From NCBI GenBank assembly GCA_964658305.1, contig OZ210885.1, positions 6,324,001-6,388,000 on the forward strand: a stretch of 64,000 bases of DNA, read 5' to 3'. Every line of letters starts with the position of its first letter. The first letter of the stretch is position 1. Below the pieces are notes generated by a model. It worked only from the letters and a program-made list of their open reading frames with translations, searched no databases and was not told where the DNA came from. Origin of the DNA: Leptogorgia sarmentosa (lineage: Eukaryota). Made by a program: the position numbers and the translations under genes. Below are positions 25,513 to 39,733 of this stretch, in pieces.

Positions 25513-26580
25513 ATAATTAAAGCAATTATTAAAGCTAACAAGAAAATGCATTACAGCATTAGTTAAGGCTGTTAAGCGTAAATCATTGCTAGTTGGTCAT
25601 AACTGGTAACTCATAATTGTGGTATATAACAGACAACCATTGCGATATACGAACGTACGTAAACCAGCCTAAAGTGAAGCCTATTATTCAAAGAATAAAC
25701 AACACAAATTATTATGCATTTGTTTTGTTATTTTTGAAATTTTGTAATTGTAACATTGCAAATTTCACAGAAAATTTCAAGCCTTTGACCCAGGTTCCCA
25801 GAAAGAAAAAAAAATTTTCCAGCCCTGTGGCTCATTGAAAACATTGTTGTGCTTGTGTATTTTAGAGTATTTTCCATATGTGCTGTAGGATATGTGTGCC
25901 TCATATTAAATACATGCAAAAGTCATCAGGGGCCTGATACTGTATATGTCAGAGTATACATGGAAAATGCTTTACTTGCCTTTGACAATGACTGCAACGA
26001 ATCACATACAAATATTTCATAACTCCATATCGCTACATGTCACAAAGCACTTATATCGGCTGTCTAGTAGTGGGACTATTGAGTAATCAGTGAAACTCAC
26101 ACAGCTACTATGTTTGCAACACACAGTATTTTACTACCTGTATGCCTAATTAAACTTAGAAATAAATTAAATGATAAAATGTTTTACATCTCCTCCCACA
26201 CTATGCAGGTTTGAAGACTCTCGTATTACTTTGGAAACAAAAGTTCATGAAGAATTTTTAAACATGAGACAAAATACAAGGATTACCATGAAAGTTCTTG
26301 CCCGGTAAAGGGATATAAAGCAGCTGAATCGTGAGAACTGGGATTGGATTGAAAAGAAGTATGAAATTTTTTCGAGAAATTTTATTGACTTGTTTCTCAA
26401 TGGAGGCAAAGAACGTCTTTATTGTGGGTTTGATAGTATGTCAAAATCGAACTGTTCCTGGGAAAACATAAAAGAAAGAGTTGATATGTATCTTGATGAA
26501 GTCAATAAGAAATATTGATAAAACCAACTGACTGAACAAAACAAAGTGACTGGCTGTGTGTGACAAGAATAAATGGTGCG

Positions 26581-26780
26581 TTACAATGGGCAATTATGCT
26601 CACAAGGAAGGAACTCCAATGTATTTATTGAAATTTGAAAGCATTCGATTTTCAACGACCAAGAATACAAATATGAGAATCGGACATCCCTTGCACTGAT
26701 ACGGAAACTATGGCCCTTACAGCGAGATTGATCAAGGCCACATAGGTTAATTGCCTCAGACAGCTGACCAGCAAACACCA
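26581..26780 (-). pseudogene. Tyrosine recombinase fragment (DIRS/Ngaro-type)
   Basis: GLDQSRCKGHSFRI followed by a degenerate GR*KSNAF. Confidence 0.65.
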
Positions 26781-27481
26781 ATGTTCAGTGCTTGAATTAT
26801 GCTATTCACTAATAAAATATGTTCTGTAAACCAATCAAAAACTGTGCTCATCTCCCTGACATCTTTGGTTGCTAGTTCAATATTAGGGGCTGGTTCCCAC
26901 ATCTGAGTTATCCACTACTGCTTCTTATTGTTGTCCATGTCAGGTATGTCTAAAAGCTCAATCAACTTTTTCATTACTCCTAACAGAACCTACTACCCAT
27001 CCCAAGCAACTCCTTCCAACTGACTGTCTTGCACACCTGCCCCATTTAAAACCTCCTTCGCCATCGTAGCCAAACTGGTAGCATCATGACGTGTTGCAGG
27101 GGGTACATTGAGCATGACTGCAGCCAACATTACTTCCGACAGAGGAATATATAATATATTCTCGTGTAAAGTATGCTTTGGGATAATAATTGATGGTGAT
27201 TGGGTCGCTAAATATGGAAATTACACTGTAGTTGCATAAGGTGCCAAAGATCATATAAACAATCACAGCACGTGCACACACGCTGCGAATATTTAATATG
27301 ATTGGCTAGCTGATAGAATCAGATAGATATTAATATATATGACCGTGACACATGGTCATATCAGTTCCTGTTGGCACAGAGTAAGAAGGCGTGCGTATCG
27401 GTGAAAATGAAGTGCAAACCTTTCGATAGTTGTGAAAACCTCTTGACTCGTCAGAGGGCTCTATTTATGAGCAAAAGACGA

Positions 27482-27650
27482 GGAGATAGCCAACGTGTTA
27501 TCGCCACTCGCTTCACTTGCCAGCGAGCCTTATGTTATCGAGGAAAACGGCAAGGAGATAGCTAGCGTGTTATCGCCACTCGCTTCACTTGCCAGTGAGC
27601 TTTATGTAATTGAGGAAAACGGCAAGGAAATAGCCCATGTGTTATCGACA
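27482..27650. repeat. 72-bp tandem repeat, about 2.3 copies
   Basis: GGAGATAGC units start at 27482, 27554 and 27626. Confidence 0.9.
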
Positions 27651-28289
27651 CAGACTTTATGCACGGGTCTAGCACAACGGTGCAAAATCGTGTTCCATTG
27701 AAAGAGAAACTTCTAAAATCTTATCAGAAATTATCAGATCTAACGAGACACTATGTTAACTTATGTGAAACTATGAAAATTGTATGTGTGAAACAATTAC
27801 GCTTATGTGAGACTCTTATTTGTATTTGCGAAACTGCAGATGGGAATACACTGTCACTTGTATTTTAAATGCGCATCACAATTATAGAGAAGAAACAATT
27901 GATGCTAGTTCACAGCTAAATAACAATGATTGCAATCCGAATGTAACAAGTGAACCTACGTTTACAATACAAAGCAATCAGTTAACTTCCAATCAGTCGT
28001 ATGCTTTCGATCGAAGTAGATCACAATGTATAAAACATTCAAAGCCCCGTTTACACGACATCGCTTTCGGCACGGCACGACGAAATTTAGCCAAGGGTGC
28101 CGCTCGTTTTAGGCACGGCACCGTATGTTTACATTGCTGTATTTGCCGTGCCTTTCTGAAATTATGATGCCGTGCCGAGCACTGCTGTCGCACTGCAAAA
28201 TGTTCATTCGCACATGCCCAGTTTGTAGTACAATATGGCAGCTGTTGATGATGCAAAGAGGATCTTATATCTCTATTATAAAAGCCGAT

Positions 28290-29155
28290 TAGATGGTACA
28301 GTTAATAGTACTAGTCACTTGCAAACCTGCAACAAGCGATATTGAAGAAATTTGTAAGAAATTTGTACTTGTATGCAAGTGCGTAAAAGATGTGTGTGAA
28401 GCAGTGGTAAGACGGTTGCAATCTAGGTTTGTGTTTTTTCCAAGACAACACGAATTAGAAAACATAATAAATACATACAAAAGAATGGGGATTTCCTGCT
28501 TGTGTTGGAGCAGTTGATGGTACCCATATACCAATCATCGCTCCAACACAGAACTATGCTGATTATGTAAACAGAAAAGGATATCATTCTGTTGTTATGC
28601 AGGCTGTTGTTGACTGCAACTACCTCTTCAGAGATATTGTTGTTGGGTGGCCGGGAAGTGTTCATGACACAAGAGTGTTGTCGAACTCTGAAATTTTTAG
28701 CTTGGGAGAGGGGAATAAGCTTTTGTGTGAATGTTGGGGGCAAGGATGTTGCACCCTCTACCGCCATGGCCGTTACGACCATATTCAGAAAATAAAAACA
28801 GTAAGAAAGCAGAGGAGATTCAACTATCGTTTGAGTAGAGCAAGAGTAACAGTTGAAAATGGATTTGGCCAGTGGAAGGATAGATTTCGCAGATTTTTAA
28901 AAAGAGTTGGATTTGAAAAACTTGGTAATAATCATTGCTGCCTCTTGCATTCTGCATAACATCTGTGAGATGAATAGCGAGGAAGTTCTTTTGCAATGGT
29001 TGGAAGAATCAGACATAGCAAATGCAGATTTTCCTCAGCCAGATCGGAATGCCATGTATGATGTCAATGAGAGACAGGATTCAGTTTCTATAAGAAACTA
29101 TTTAACAGATTATTTCATGTCAAATGAAGGAGTTGACATTGGAATTAGTTCATGA
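28290..29155 (+). pseudogene. Harbinger (HARBI1-like) DDE nuclease, frameshifted
   Basis: GAVDGTHIPI, NRKGYHS..MQAVVD, GWPGSVHD, FNYRLSRARVTVENGFG, CILHNICE. Confidence 0.9.
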
Positions 29156-29522
29156 CTGATTCATCCAAACGGTATACTGTAGTTGCTTTTAGGACTTTTC
29201 AAGAATTTTTTGGGATGTTTAACTACTCAATATAGAATTGATATTTGAAATCATATTCCTATATTTTTCTGTGAGGTGGGGAATAAAAAAGTTGTGTTTG
29301 TAAAAAGGGTCCAGAATAAAGTACAAAACTCAAAATCTTTGTATATTTGTTTACATAACTCAGTCTTTTACAAATGCTTCCAGCAAAAAATATGGAAGAA
29401 ACCTTTTTTTTAAAAAATTTAAGTGATCAAAATAAACAAAACTAAGAAAATATGAACACTAAAAGAACATAATACTAATAATAATAACAAGATTTGCTGA
29501 CAATCAGCCTTTGGCACAAATA

Positions 29523-31447
29523 TCATTCACTTGAATGTACACTCTCAGCAGTTTCTAAAGATGAACTTGTATCCGATGCAGACTCAGATGACACAGAAAC
29601 ATTCATTGCATGCTGGTGAGGGCTTGTGCTATTTGGCAAATATTGTAAAAAGTTATCAAAATGATCTGGAACATAGTGTCCAAAATGAGCAAATGGCTGT
29701 GATGTGTTTCTAGCCTGCATGTTGTTACCCATCAACAAACTGAATAGCCGTATTTCTTCATTTTGTTTACTTTATTAGGTGTATTAACAGGCAAAATCCA
29801 AACCAGGAACGTTCTTGTACACGGGTCTTCAAATTTGCAAAAATAATGAATATTCGCATATAATATATAATAAGGTGATAAACGCGAAGGCTGATGCATC
29901 CGCTATGGAGAATGATCTTGCCAATTTCCAAACCTCTTCTGCCAATGCTAATCTTCTCCTCAACACAGATAAATGTAAGACACTTCGAATTACTAGAAAA
30001 CGCAACAAAATCGACCATACTTACAAGTTGCAAGATTCCTCTCTCAAAACCACAGATTGCGAACGTGACCTTGGCGTCTGGACCTGCTCCACCCTCAAAT
30101 GGTACAAACAAGTCCTCCACCGGTGCGCCCAAGCCAACAAATCCCTCTGGTATATTTGACTGTCCACGATCAAAATCAAGACCATCTCTGTTCGTCGGAC
30201 TCTGTATCTCACCCTCGTTCGTTCCCACCTCGCATACGCGTCCCAAGTTTGGGCTCCTCAAATTGTTGACCTCATTAAGCGTACAGAGAGCGTTCAACGA
30301 CGTGCGTCGAAGTACATATTGAACCTACCGTTCTTCTGTGACATCAACTATAACCATCGTCTCTCAACATTAAATCTACTACCTCTGTGTTACTGGCACG
30401 AGTACCTAGACATATTGTTCCTCTTTAAATCACACCATGGCATTATTAACCTAAGCAGCGACATACTACCACACCCTCAAAATTCAAGCCAACATACCCG
30501 ATCTACAAACCCAAACTGCCTACAATTTCAGACTTCAGCATGCAAAACATCTACCTATCAAAAATCATATCTAATAAGGACTACTAGAGTCTGGAACACA
30601 CTGCCAATGGATTTAACTATTAACAGTAGCCAAACTTTAAAGGAGTTTAAAAATAAGTTACTAAGCTATTATAAAACGGCACTAGATAAATGTTATGACG
30701 CTGATGATCCACGAACATGGAAATCGGTTTGCTTAAAATGCAACCAAGCTCGCAACTTGATAAGGCCGATAACGTGTTGCTTTTAGATTTAGTTTTCAGA
30801 AGTACCTTTTCACATTGGTATCTATGCGGCCTATTCAAGGTTTTGCCGAAGGTTTAGGATCGTGAAGGTTTGAACGTCTTCTAATCCAGACTGCTTCCTA
30901 AATGGAAGTGGTTCTGCGGGTCGCAATGTGAAAAGCTGCATCTGATAGTTCGTTAGTAATTAATTCTTTCTATGTACGTATATAGTGTATTTGTCTAACA
31001 TTTAGGGATCGCAGTAATTGGCGCAAGCTGTTGCGAATGCCCTGCCAGTTCTTGAGTTAACGTTGTTCAAATCTGGCAAAGTTAATAAATAAAATAAATA
31101 AATAAATATTAGATGTAAGAAGACAATACGAATTACAAAGTGAAAGTAATATATAAGTAATGAAAGATTAAATCAAAAGTCAGCTAACTAACCATAAACT
31201 ATGAACAAAACTGAAAACTTTGTATGATTACATGTATAAATGTCTTTGTATAAATACTATAGTAGTATACCTTAACCCTCCGATAGATTTCACGGGTTTC
31301 TTTTGAACATTTCGCATTTTCTAACGAAAGTTGAATGGTTTCTTCACCCCAAAGCTCGATCAATGTGCTCGTTGCTTCGTCTGGCCACAGTATTCCTCTA
31401 TTTTTCTTCAGAGAACTCATAGACTTCAAACTTTTCTTGCACGCCAT
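29523..31447 (-). pseudogene. Harbinger Myb/SANT-like accessory gene remnants (exon 31447-31271; last exon about 29765-29523)
   Basis: WPDEATSTLIELWGEE...EIY Myb-like start; convergent with the nuclease gene. Confidence 0.6.
29890..31107 (+). mobile_element. 5'-truncated CR1/L2-group LINE (RT C-terminus, 3' UTR, AATAA-repeat tail)
   Basis: NTDKCKTLRI, ERDLGVW, LYLTLVRSHLAYASQVWAP, VQRRASKYIL; tail at 31084-31107. Confidence 0.9.
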
Positions 31448-34400
31448 GTTTTTCCGTGGATGAATAGGTGGCGTGGATCTACTGCAGTTGAGCATGAGCA
31501 GTCTGATATATCTAACGGCACGGCACGCTGGCGTGTTTACACAAGCATCAAAACAGGTATGGCACTGCCTTTCAGGGTGCAGAGAATGACCTCTCAAGTG
31601 GTGCTTGGCACGGGTAAATTTTTGAGGGGCGTGTAAACGGGGCTCAAAACATGCTAAAAAGCGTGATCGTGAACCGTCTAGAATTCCTATGAAAAAGTTA
31701 GTTCATTTAATGAGCGAAAATAAAACAAGGAGGCCTAGAATAAAGAGGTTAATAAAGCAGTTCATTCCTAAATCGTCATGTTGGCACAATTTGCTCTCTA
31801 CAGGATATCGTAAACATGTAATTCAAAAACCTACAAATACAAACATGTGGCAATTAGGGAAACCTACAAAGTCTGCAAAGAACGATTGTGTTAAAAGGAA
31901 TTTGAAAATTGTTAGCAAGCATACTCAAGAACAAGAAAACACAAATTGTTTAAATTGAACAAGGCCAAGGTTGTCAACACAAGTAAACGCAACGCGCAAA
32001 GAACAAAAGCATGTGACACACTCCCTTCACCCGCACGTGCCGATACCGAATTGGATCCGGGTCCCGTAAATACTTCAGACACGTCAGTGTTGACGAGAAG
32101 ATTAGCTCGCATAGGATGAAAGCCAGTAAACATTGTAGGTGACGGTAATTGCTTCTTTCGTAGTGTAAGTCACCAACTTTACGGAACTGAAGATCGTCAT
32201 CCACAAATACGAGCTCTTGTCCAGAACATTTCGTGGAATATAATACTGATCAATCATCAATTAGATCTAGTAAAGTTTTGGAAGCAGCTCAATATGTAGT
32301 TCTTACCAGTGAAATATTTAGAAACGAAGGAATACAAGTAATGGAAAGTTACGTACCAAATCAAGTTGATAATAATGAAGAGGAGTGGTCAGAATTTATT
32401 TCCAAGGATGGACAGAACACCTCAGAAAACTTATCAGAAAATGTGAACACTCAAAGTGAAAAAGAAGTTGACACAAATACAAGTAATGACTTGATTGACA
32501 ATGATACAGATGACGAGTGGTGTGAAACAACTGAACGTTCATCAGGTGTTATGGATACATTATTGCAAGAACCAGACATTACTCAAGATGGTGATAGATT
32601 AATAAGCTTTGCACCAGGAGACGGTAATAGACCACTAGGCATATTTACAGACAAAGATTCTGAATTTCTTTCATTTCCCACTATTTATTGTGGAAAACGT
32701 CAAGCTGACAACAGCGAAACACTTGTGCGTGTTCACTATAGTACAATGTGTAAATGGGAATTACGAAGCAAAGATAGAAGAGTTGTGCAGTCTGTGCCAA
32801 ACATTTTTTACAAACTAAAGAAATTACAGATCAGTCAAATTCAAGGAAGTGCAAGTTAATCATTACTTAAGCGTAAAACTAAAGGTAAAACATACACTGC
32901 TGGAGATTTAAAGTCAGAAAGTTGTGTCAACAAGTTAATAAATTTGGATGAAGGATTTAGAGTTTTACGAAATAAGTGGATCACCTCCATATTTTGAAAG
33001 GTGTAAAAAAGATCTATTTCCCATGATTCGCCAGCTTGGTAAACCTACGTGGTTCTGTTCATTTTCAGCAGCTGAAACATGGTGGATTCATTTGATTAAA
33101 ATTCTTGCCCGCCTTATAGACAATAAAGATTATAGTGATGACGAAATTAAACAAATGACATGGCAAAAAAAATCTGAACTGATACAGAAAGATCCAGTAA
33201 CATGTGCACAAAATTTTGACCATATGGTACAGTTATTCATTCACGACATTATTAAAAGCCCAAGTCATCCAATTGGAGAAGTTGTTGACTTTTTCTATCG
33301 CATTGAATTCCAGCAAAGAGGTTCTCCGCATATCCACGGCTTATTCAGGATAAAAAATGCTCCTGAGTATGGTAAAGATACCAATGAAGATATTGCTGAG
33401 TTTGTCGATAGTTATGTTTCATGCAAAGGTGACGTGGATGATTCAACTGATCTGGTAAATTTACAAATGCATAAACACTCTAAAACGTGTAAGAAGAGAG
33501 GTCACGCCGTTTGCACATTTAATTTTCTGTTACCACCAATGCCAAGAACTATGATTTTAGAGCTTTTATATTGATGAAAATGTTGCGGCTATATTGAAGA
33601 AAGCTTTAGAACGAATATGTGAGTTATTAAACTCCATCAAAGCAGATGAAACCATGACATTTGTTGAGTTTCTTCAAAAGCTAGGTTTATCAGAACAGCA
33701 GTATATAAAAGCCATAAGGCTTTCTCTCAAACACAGTATGCTGTTATTGAAACGATCACCATCTGAGATTAGAGTAAACTGCTACAATCCAAACTTACTC
33801 AAAGCTTGGCAAGCTAACATGGATATTCAGTTTGTTATAGATCCTTATCCTTGTGCTGTTTATATCCTTACATATATTACTAAAGGTCAGAGAGGAATGA
33901 GTAAGGTACTTCGTAAAGCATTTGAAGAAGCAAAAGAAGGCAATAAGAATATTGTTAACAAGGTGAGACATATTGGTAACAAGTTTCTAAATGCTGTTGA
34001 GATAAGTGCACAAGAAGCGGTTTACTTAGTTCTCCAGATGCCTTTGAGAAGATCCTCTTGAGAATTCCAATTTATCAATACATCCGATCCAGATGAAAGA
34101 ACATTCTTATTAAAAAGCATGGATAAGATTAAAGAACTTCCTGACAATTCGTGTGATATTGAGTCAGACAACATAATTAAAAGATATCAGCAATGACCAA
34201 AGCAATTGGAAAATGTATGCCTAGCAGATTTTGTTGCATGGTATAACTGCAAAAGTGAGGGTAATGAGCAGATGAAAGCTAAACGAGACACACCTTCAAC
34301 AGATGTATATCTTGCAGAAAATAATGTGGATGATAATTTAGATGATGATCTTTCGGATTTGGAGCAAAGAACTGATAAGGATGAATATCAAATGAAAGGT

Positions 34401-34833
34401 GGAATAACACTTATAAAGAGACAAAAACCCAGGATAATACGATCAGTTAGATTCAATAAAAACAAAGATCCAGAAAATTTCTGCAGAGAACAAATAATGC
34501 TTTACACTGCTTGGAGAAATGAAACGACAGATCTTCTAAAAGACTCCCAGACTTACCAAGATTGGTTTGAAATGCTCAAAGATGTGATAGAGCAAAACAG
34601 ACAACAATATGAGTATCACACCAAAGCTCTTGATCAGGCAGTACAAGATATAGAAAGTGAGGAATCTAGTGCTGTAGTAGCTCCCAATGCACAATATCGA
34701 GATGAACAAGATAAAGAAATTGGCTTAAAAGCAAGTGAATTATTTGGATTTAAAGATTGAAAGATACTGATTTTAGAAAACTTGTGCAATCACTCAATAT
34801 CGAACAAAAAGAGTTTTTCAACCATGTAAACAT

Positions 34834-35310
34834 GGCGAACTCTCGCCAATATATTTGTACTGGTGAATTCTCGCCCATATATTGTCAACTGGCGGACTCT
34901 CGCCCATATATTTGTACTGGCGAATTCTCGCCCATATATTGTCAACTGGCGAACTCTCGCCCATATATTGTCACCCGGCGAACTCTTGCCCATATATTTG
35001 TACTGGCGAATTCTCGCCCATATATTGTCAACTGGCGAACTCTCACCCATATATTGTCAACTGACGAACTCTCGCCCATATATTTGTACTGGCGAACTCT
35101 CGCCCATATATTTGTACTGGCGAATTCTCGCCCATATATTGTCAACTGACGAACTCTCGCCCATATATTTGTACTGGCGAATTCTCGCCCATATATTTGT
35201 ACTGGCGAATTCTCGCCCATATATTTGTACTGGCGAATTCTCGCCCATATATTGTCAACTGACAAACTCTCGCCCATATATTTGTACCGGCGAACTCTCG
35301 CCCATATATT
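34834..35310. repeat. Tandem array of 17 units of 28 or 29 bp with a palindromic core
   Basis: GGCGAA(C/T)TCTCGCCCATATAT followed by TTGTACT or TGTCAACT. Confidence 0.95.
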
Positions 35311-38300
35311 AAAAGGAATGCAGCCTACGGCGTTGGAATACATATCCGAATCCACTGGCAAAACTCGCTGAAATCGGGTCGTACACGACAGCACAATGTG
35401 CAGATGTTCCTGGACAGTAAATAAGAGAAGAATCAATATATATATACCTCCATCGCGTCGTTTTGAGTGTCTTGCGAAGCCACAGAAGGCGGTGCGGCCG
35501 GTTTTTCAACAGGCGGAGGTTCTTGATCGACCACGGGGCCGTGATGAAGTTGGGCATCCGGAATCACTTCATCATGAACAGCAGGAAACTGGATGTCTGG
35601 CTCGGCCATGATTTTCGTGGTCGTAAAAAATTGTATAAAGAGACGTTCGTCCACTGAGCTATATTATTAATCTGGAGATCAGGCACTCCACTGAAAGGTG
35701 TCGCCAAAAACATGGCGGATTTTACGTCACACGTCCCCTATTCTCATGATGGTAATTACTGACCACAGTTGAAGTGTGTGCAGGCGCCGTTTCCACCCCC
35801 CCCCTGGATTTTACTGTTTGTTACTATATAAATATATATGCTGTAGTGTTGTTTTGATATTTTTTCAAAGAATTGAGATAAAGTATTAAAATTCTCTTAC
35901 ATCTCAAAAATATATTGTTGTATTTGTTGATGTACGCGTCTATAAATACAGAACGCGATTGATTAAGGAAGACAGGAATGGAGCTTACTGCTTGCCTGAC
36001 GGCCACCACTGAGCTATAAGAAGACGTTGTTTCATTTTATGCAATTCATATGTCATTTTTATTTGCATTGAAGAATAATATTTTATCAAAAAATTTCCAA
36101 GATAATGATATAATATTTCAGGATATACAATAATATATTCACATTCAAATCACAACAAAATTATTTTTTATTTTAAAACACATACAACACAAGTATGAGT
36201 AAACAAGTTGCTCAACCAATTCTATGGATGTCAATCCCCATTTGCTCAGCACCTAATTTTGCTGGCATATTGACTTTGATTTGCCAGCACAACTAAGAAA
36301 TAAATACTTATGGAATTGTGTTCACTTTCTAGTTTAATTTGATGCTTTCAACTTCAAAATCAATGTGAAATGGTCCAGTTATGTGGCAAATGTGATTGCA
36401 CTCATTAATTTGCATTCAAGAGAATTAGATATGCATAGAATTGATTGAGACAAAATAAATATATTAATACATTAGTAATCAGATTAAATTTTAACTTACT
36501 TATTTATTATTTCCTTATTTATTATTTCAGCTACTGGACATTGAAGAACAAATTATTAAAAACTATGTACAACAACTATTAACAAATGAATTAATTATAT
36601 TAATTAGTTATTTAAAACAATATTATTATTGAAGAAATCATTATTAAAACTTAGTTATTATTAAAAACAATGTCATGGCACCCATGCCAGTGGTGCACTG
36701 AACCTTGCTTCCTCCCATCTTTTTGGGGGCATGTGAATCTTGTATGGCCTTGCTTGCCACATGACCAGCATAGCATTCCTGTTTAATATTAATCAACAAT
36801 AAATGTACTGTACATGTTTCACGAACAGTGTAATTGTAAAAATCTGGTGAAAATAACCTCAAGTTTCACCCATGCAAGATTCCTACTGTGATGGCAGAAA
36901 CTTTGATATTGTAAACTGGCCTTCAGAGACTGTTGTAAATAAATTTAAGCATACATACGACCTTTAACAAAACCTGTCTTAGCAGAAAAACGTCTCGAAC
37001 GATGTATAAGCATAAAATAAAATTTCCCTACCAGTGTGACGACAGTTGTTTGTTGTCAAAGGAGTTGTGACAGCCGTAAACATAGCAAAAATGTGGCATG
37101 TTGATAATCAACAATAAGAATTTAAAAAGAATATATCTGTTTGGTAGAATCACACTATATATAGTATACTATTTCGGATGCTGCTCGTAATATAATCATA
37201 TAATATAAAGTGCAGAATTTAGAATATGCATTTAGATTTTACTTTTTAATATTCCAGGCGTATTTTGATCTAAAAACGGCTGAAAATATATATACCGTAT
37301 ACAAAATTCCTTTTTTTACAGAGATTGGGGGAACAGAAAAAAGTCAATGAGCAAGTGCTGAAATCTTTGTCTGACATCTCCAAATCACTGGAAAGTTTAG
37401 AACGTCGTATACAGCAGTGTGATACCCAAGGACCGATTAAAAGAAACAACCGGAAATGCAGACTTTCTCCAGAAATCAAGGTGATATATACCGTTTTTCA
37501 ATTAAATACCACAAAAAAATGAATAGGCTTGCATTAAATAAGGTTATCGTTCCTGCATTTAAGCATGCAGCTTTCTTGTACCGAAATGCGAAAAATTTTC
37601 GTTTGACAAAAATTGACAAGGCATATGGGATATATTGCCGACAATTGAAGCAATGGGTAGAAACTCGGTAAAACACTGTCACATTTTCATTGTCATTGAA
37701 ACTCGGTAAAACACTGTCAGTATCATCGCTGTTCAGTAGGTCGACCAACAACATTCTTCTAGGATGTTTAAGGGCAAAACGGTCTATTACTTTGTCTAAA
37801 TCGAGTTTAATTTCACGATGGACATTTAATAACGCCAACGATCTCAATCGTTTCTCACCCATTGTGCTTCTCATGAACGTTTTTAATCGTCGGAGTGTAG
37901 AAATAGATCTTTCGCAGCTGCATGTCGTGACGGGGATGGTGCCAAAAATATGCATGGCTGTGAGAATGTTTGGGAAGGAAAGTGCATCAGTTGTGGAAAT
38001 AAGTTGTTCAAACGATGATGGAAGAGGAGGTTGTTGATGGGAAAACTTTAGTTTCCACATACGTAACTCACATTCGAGAAAGTCGATATCTGGTAGATCA
38101 TCTTTGTATTTCTTTAAGAAACGCAGGAAATTCTCCTTCCAGTTTGGATCAGAAACAACTAAGTTCGGCATTCCGTACATCATGTCCAAAATATCCAAAT
38201 TTCCTTCAGAGAAGTGTGACTGTACTTGACCAAGCAGTAGATCCAAAAAAGGGATAGTCACTGCACCTTTATAATACTCCGATGTGGTATCTGCAGGAAC

Positions 38301-39733
38301 ATTCTCGCGATGAATTTGCTGACCAGCCGTTCTCTTCTTATTCGGATCAATATTCACTTCTTTGGCCAAATCTAGTGCCATTTGGTAGAAGGTATCGTGT
38401 GTTTGGTCAATGTTGGTGCGAAGATCATCTATGGTTAGGTATAAAAGTGACACTTTTTCCCTAGCCTTTCCAGCATCAAGTGATTTGGATTGGAGTTGAA
38501 GGGTTAATGGCTTCGTGCACTTCAGACAACGTTCGGCCAGAACAAGACAGACGATAAACTCGAATTTCTTCACTGCTTTTCTCATACCACCAGCTCTTTA
38601 GCGAACATCTGCCTCGTAAGATCTGTCGTTGTTAATCGCTTCTAATGCTGCAAGAATAGCCACATAGCAGTTTTTAAAAATCTTTAAGCCATCAATTCTT
38701 GCTATCCAGCTGGTCCGGCAAACATTAAGCAGTTTTTTTCGTCTAGCTGTTGGTACAATTTCATTGATTTTTTCCTTCAAAACCAGGTTGCGCTTTGGCG
38801 AGTCGTTGAAAAAATTTGACACACTGCGGATGTTATCCATCATGTCCCGGACTATCGGTATTCGGCAAGATGAGAGTTACAGTGTACATAAACTGCTTTC
38901 TCGTAAATTCTTTGGATTCGAGTTGCAACTCCGGAATATTTTCCAGCCATGTTTCCCGCCCCATCGTACCCTTGACCACGACAATCTTCCATACGTAGTC
39001 CAACGCTTTCAACGAAATTAGAAATTTCCTCTGCCAAAGCTTCCCCAGTTAGACCCTTCTGACAAGGAACAAAACCAAGGAATTCCTCCCGTATGTCGAA
39101 TGATCTGTCCACGAATCGCAGAGCCACTGCCATCTGTTCAACATTAGAGCAATCAGTTGCTTCGTCAGCTAAAACAGAATAGAACTTTGCTTGCTTAATT
39201 TCTCCAACAAGTACTTCGGTTATCATTTCACCACAGATTTCCAGGATTTCATTTTGTATAGTCTTCGATCGGTAGGTTTGGTTGGAAGGACAATCTTTAA
39301 AAAGTAGGTCCATTAAATCTCCACACCTGGCACCATACTTTAGGATCTCAATGAAGTTTCCAGGGTTTGTCACATCTTCATCAACATAGAACTGGGAATC
39401 GTCTCGGTGACCTCGGAGCGCGATATTTTGTCTACCACAGGTTATAACTGCATCAACAATCGTGCGAAGTCGAACTCTGTTTCTTTCGATTATCTCTCGA
39501 CGTGCATTATTGACTTGGACATCAATTGCTTTGGTTTTGTTTTCCATTAACTGCTTAAATTGCAATGCCCGGATGGTTGCTGTCTCATGAACTTTCGATT
39601 TATCGGCATGCTGTGTTAATTTGTTGATGGAAGATGTTGATGGAACAAAAGGTAAGGTCATCAGTCGTTGCAGTTTGGAAGCGTTATGCGTGCCCTCCCC
39701 ACCAAATAAAACACAGTTGACACAGAAGCCACC

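Larger units (their letters stand above)
23003..25827 (+). mobile_element. hAT-superfamily element, internally deleted at the 5' part, with nested insertions
   Basis: Imperfect TIR CAGGGGTGGAAAA / TTTTCCAGCCCTG; 8-bp TSD TGGCTCAT (22995-23002, 25828-25835). Confidence 0.88.
28043..31644. mobile_element. PIF/Harbinger transposon
   Basis: 15-bp TIR AGCCCCGTTTACACG; 3-bp TSD CAA. Removing the element restores the interrupted frame (KHS|KHAKKRDREPSRIPM). Confidence 0.92.
27400..34830 (+). mobile_element. Degenerate Helitron (Helentron/Helitron2-like) Rep gene with an OTU-like segment; helicase truncated; interrupted by Harbinger
   Basis: GDGNCFFRSVSHQLYG (about 32140), APGDGNRP, MIRQLGKPTWFCSFSAAE, EFQQRGSPHIH (HUH), [15 protein letters not shown]. 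Ends at LNIEQKEFFNHV. Many stops and frameshifts; 5' boundary uncertain. Confidence 0.82.

Noticed and set aside
26208..26520. Coding-looking exon (FEDSRITLETKVHEEF...)
   Set aside because: It contains a stop and no recognisable family, so no call can be supported.
34757..35436. CRISPR array or ORFs over the 28/29-bp palindromic repeats
   Set aside because: The linkers are only two recurring short variants, not spacers; the ORFs are repeat artefacts.
35310..37480. Short exon-like pieces (35654-35448 minus; 37324-37480 plus)
   Set aside because: No identifiable domain or complete gene model.
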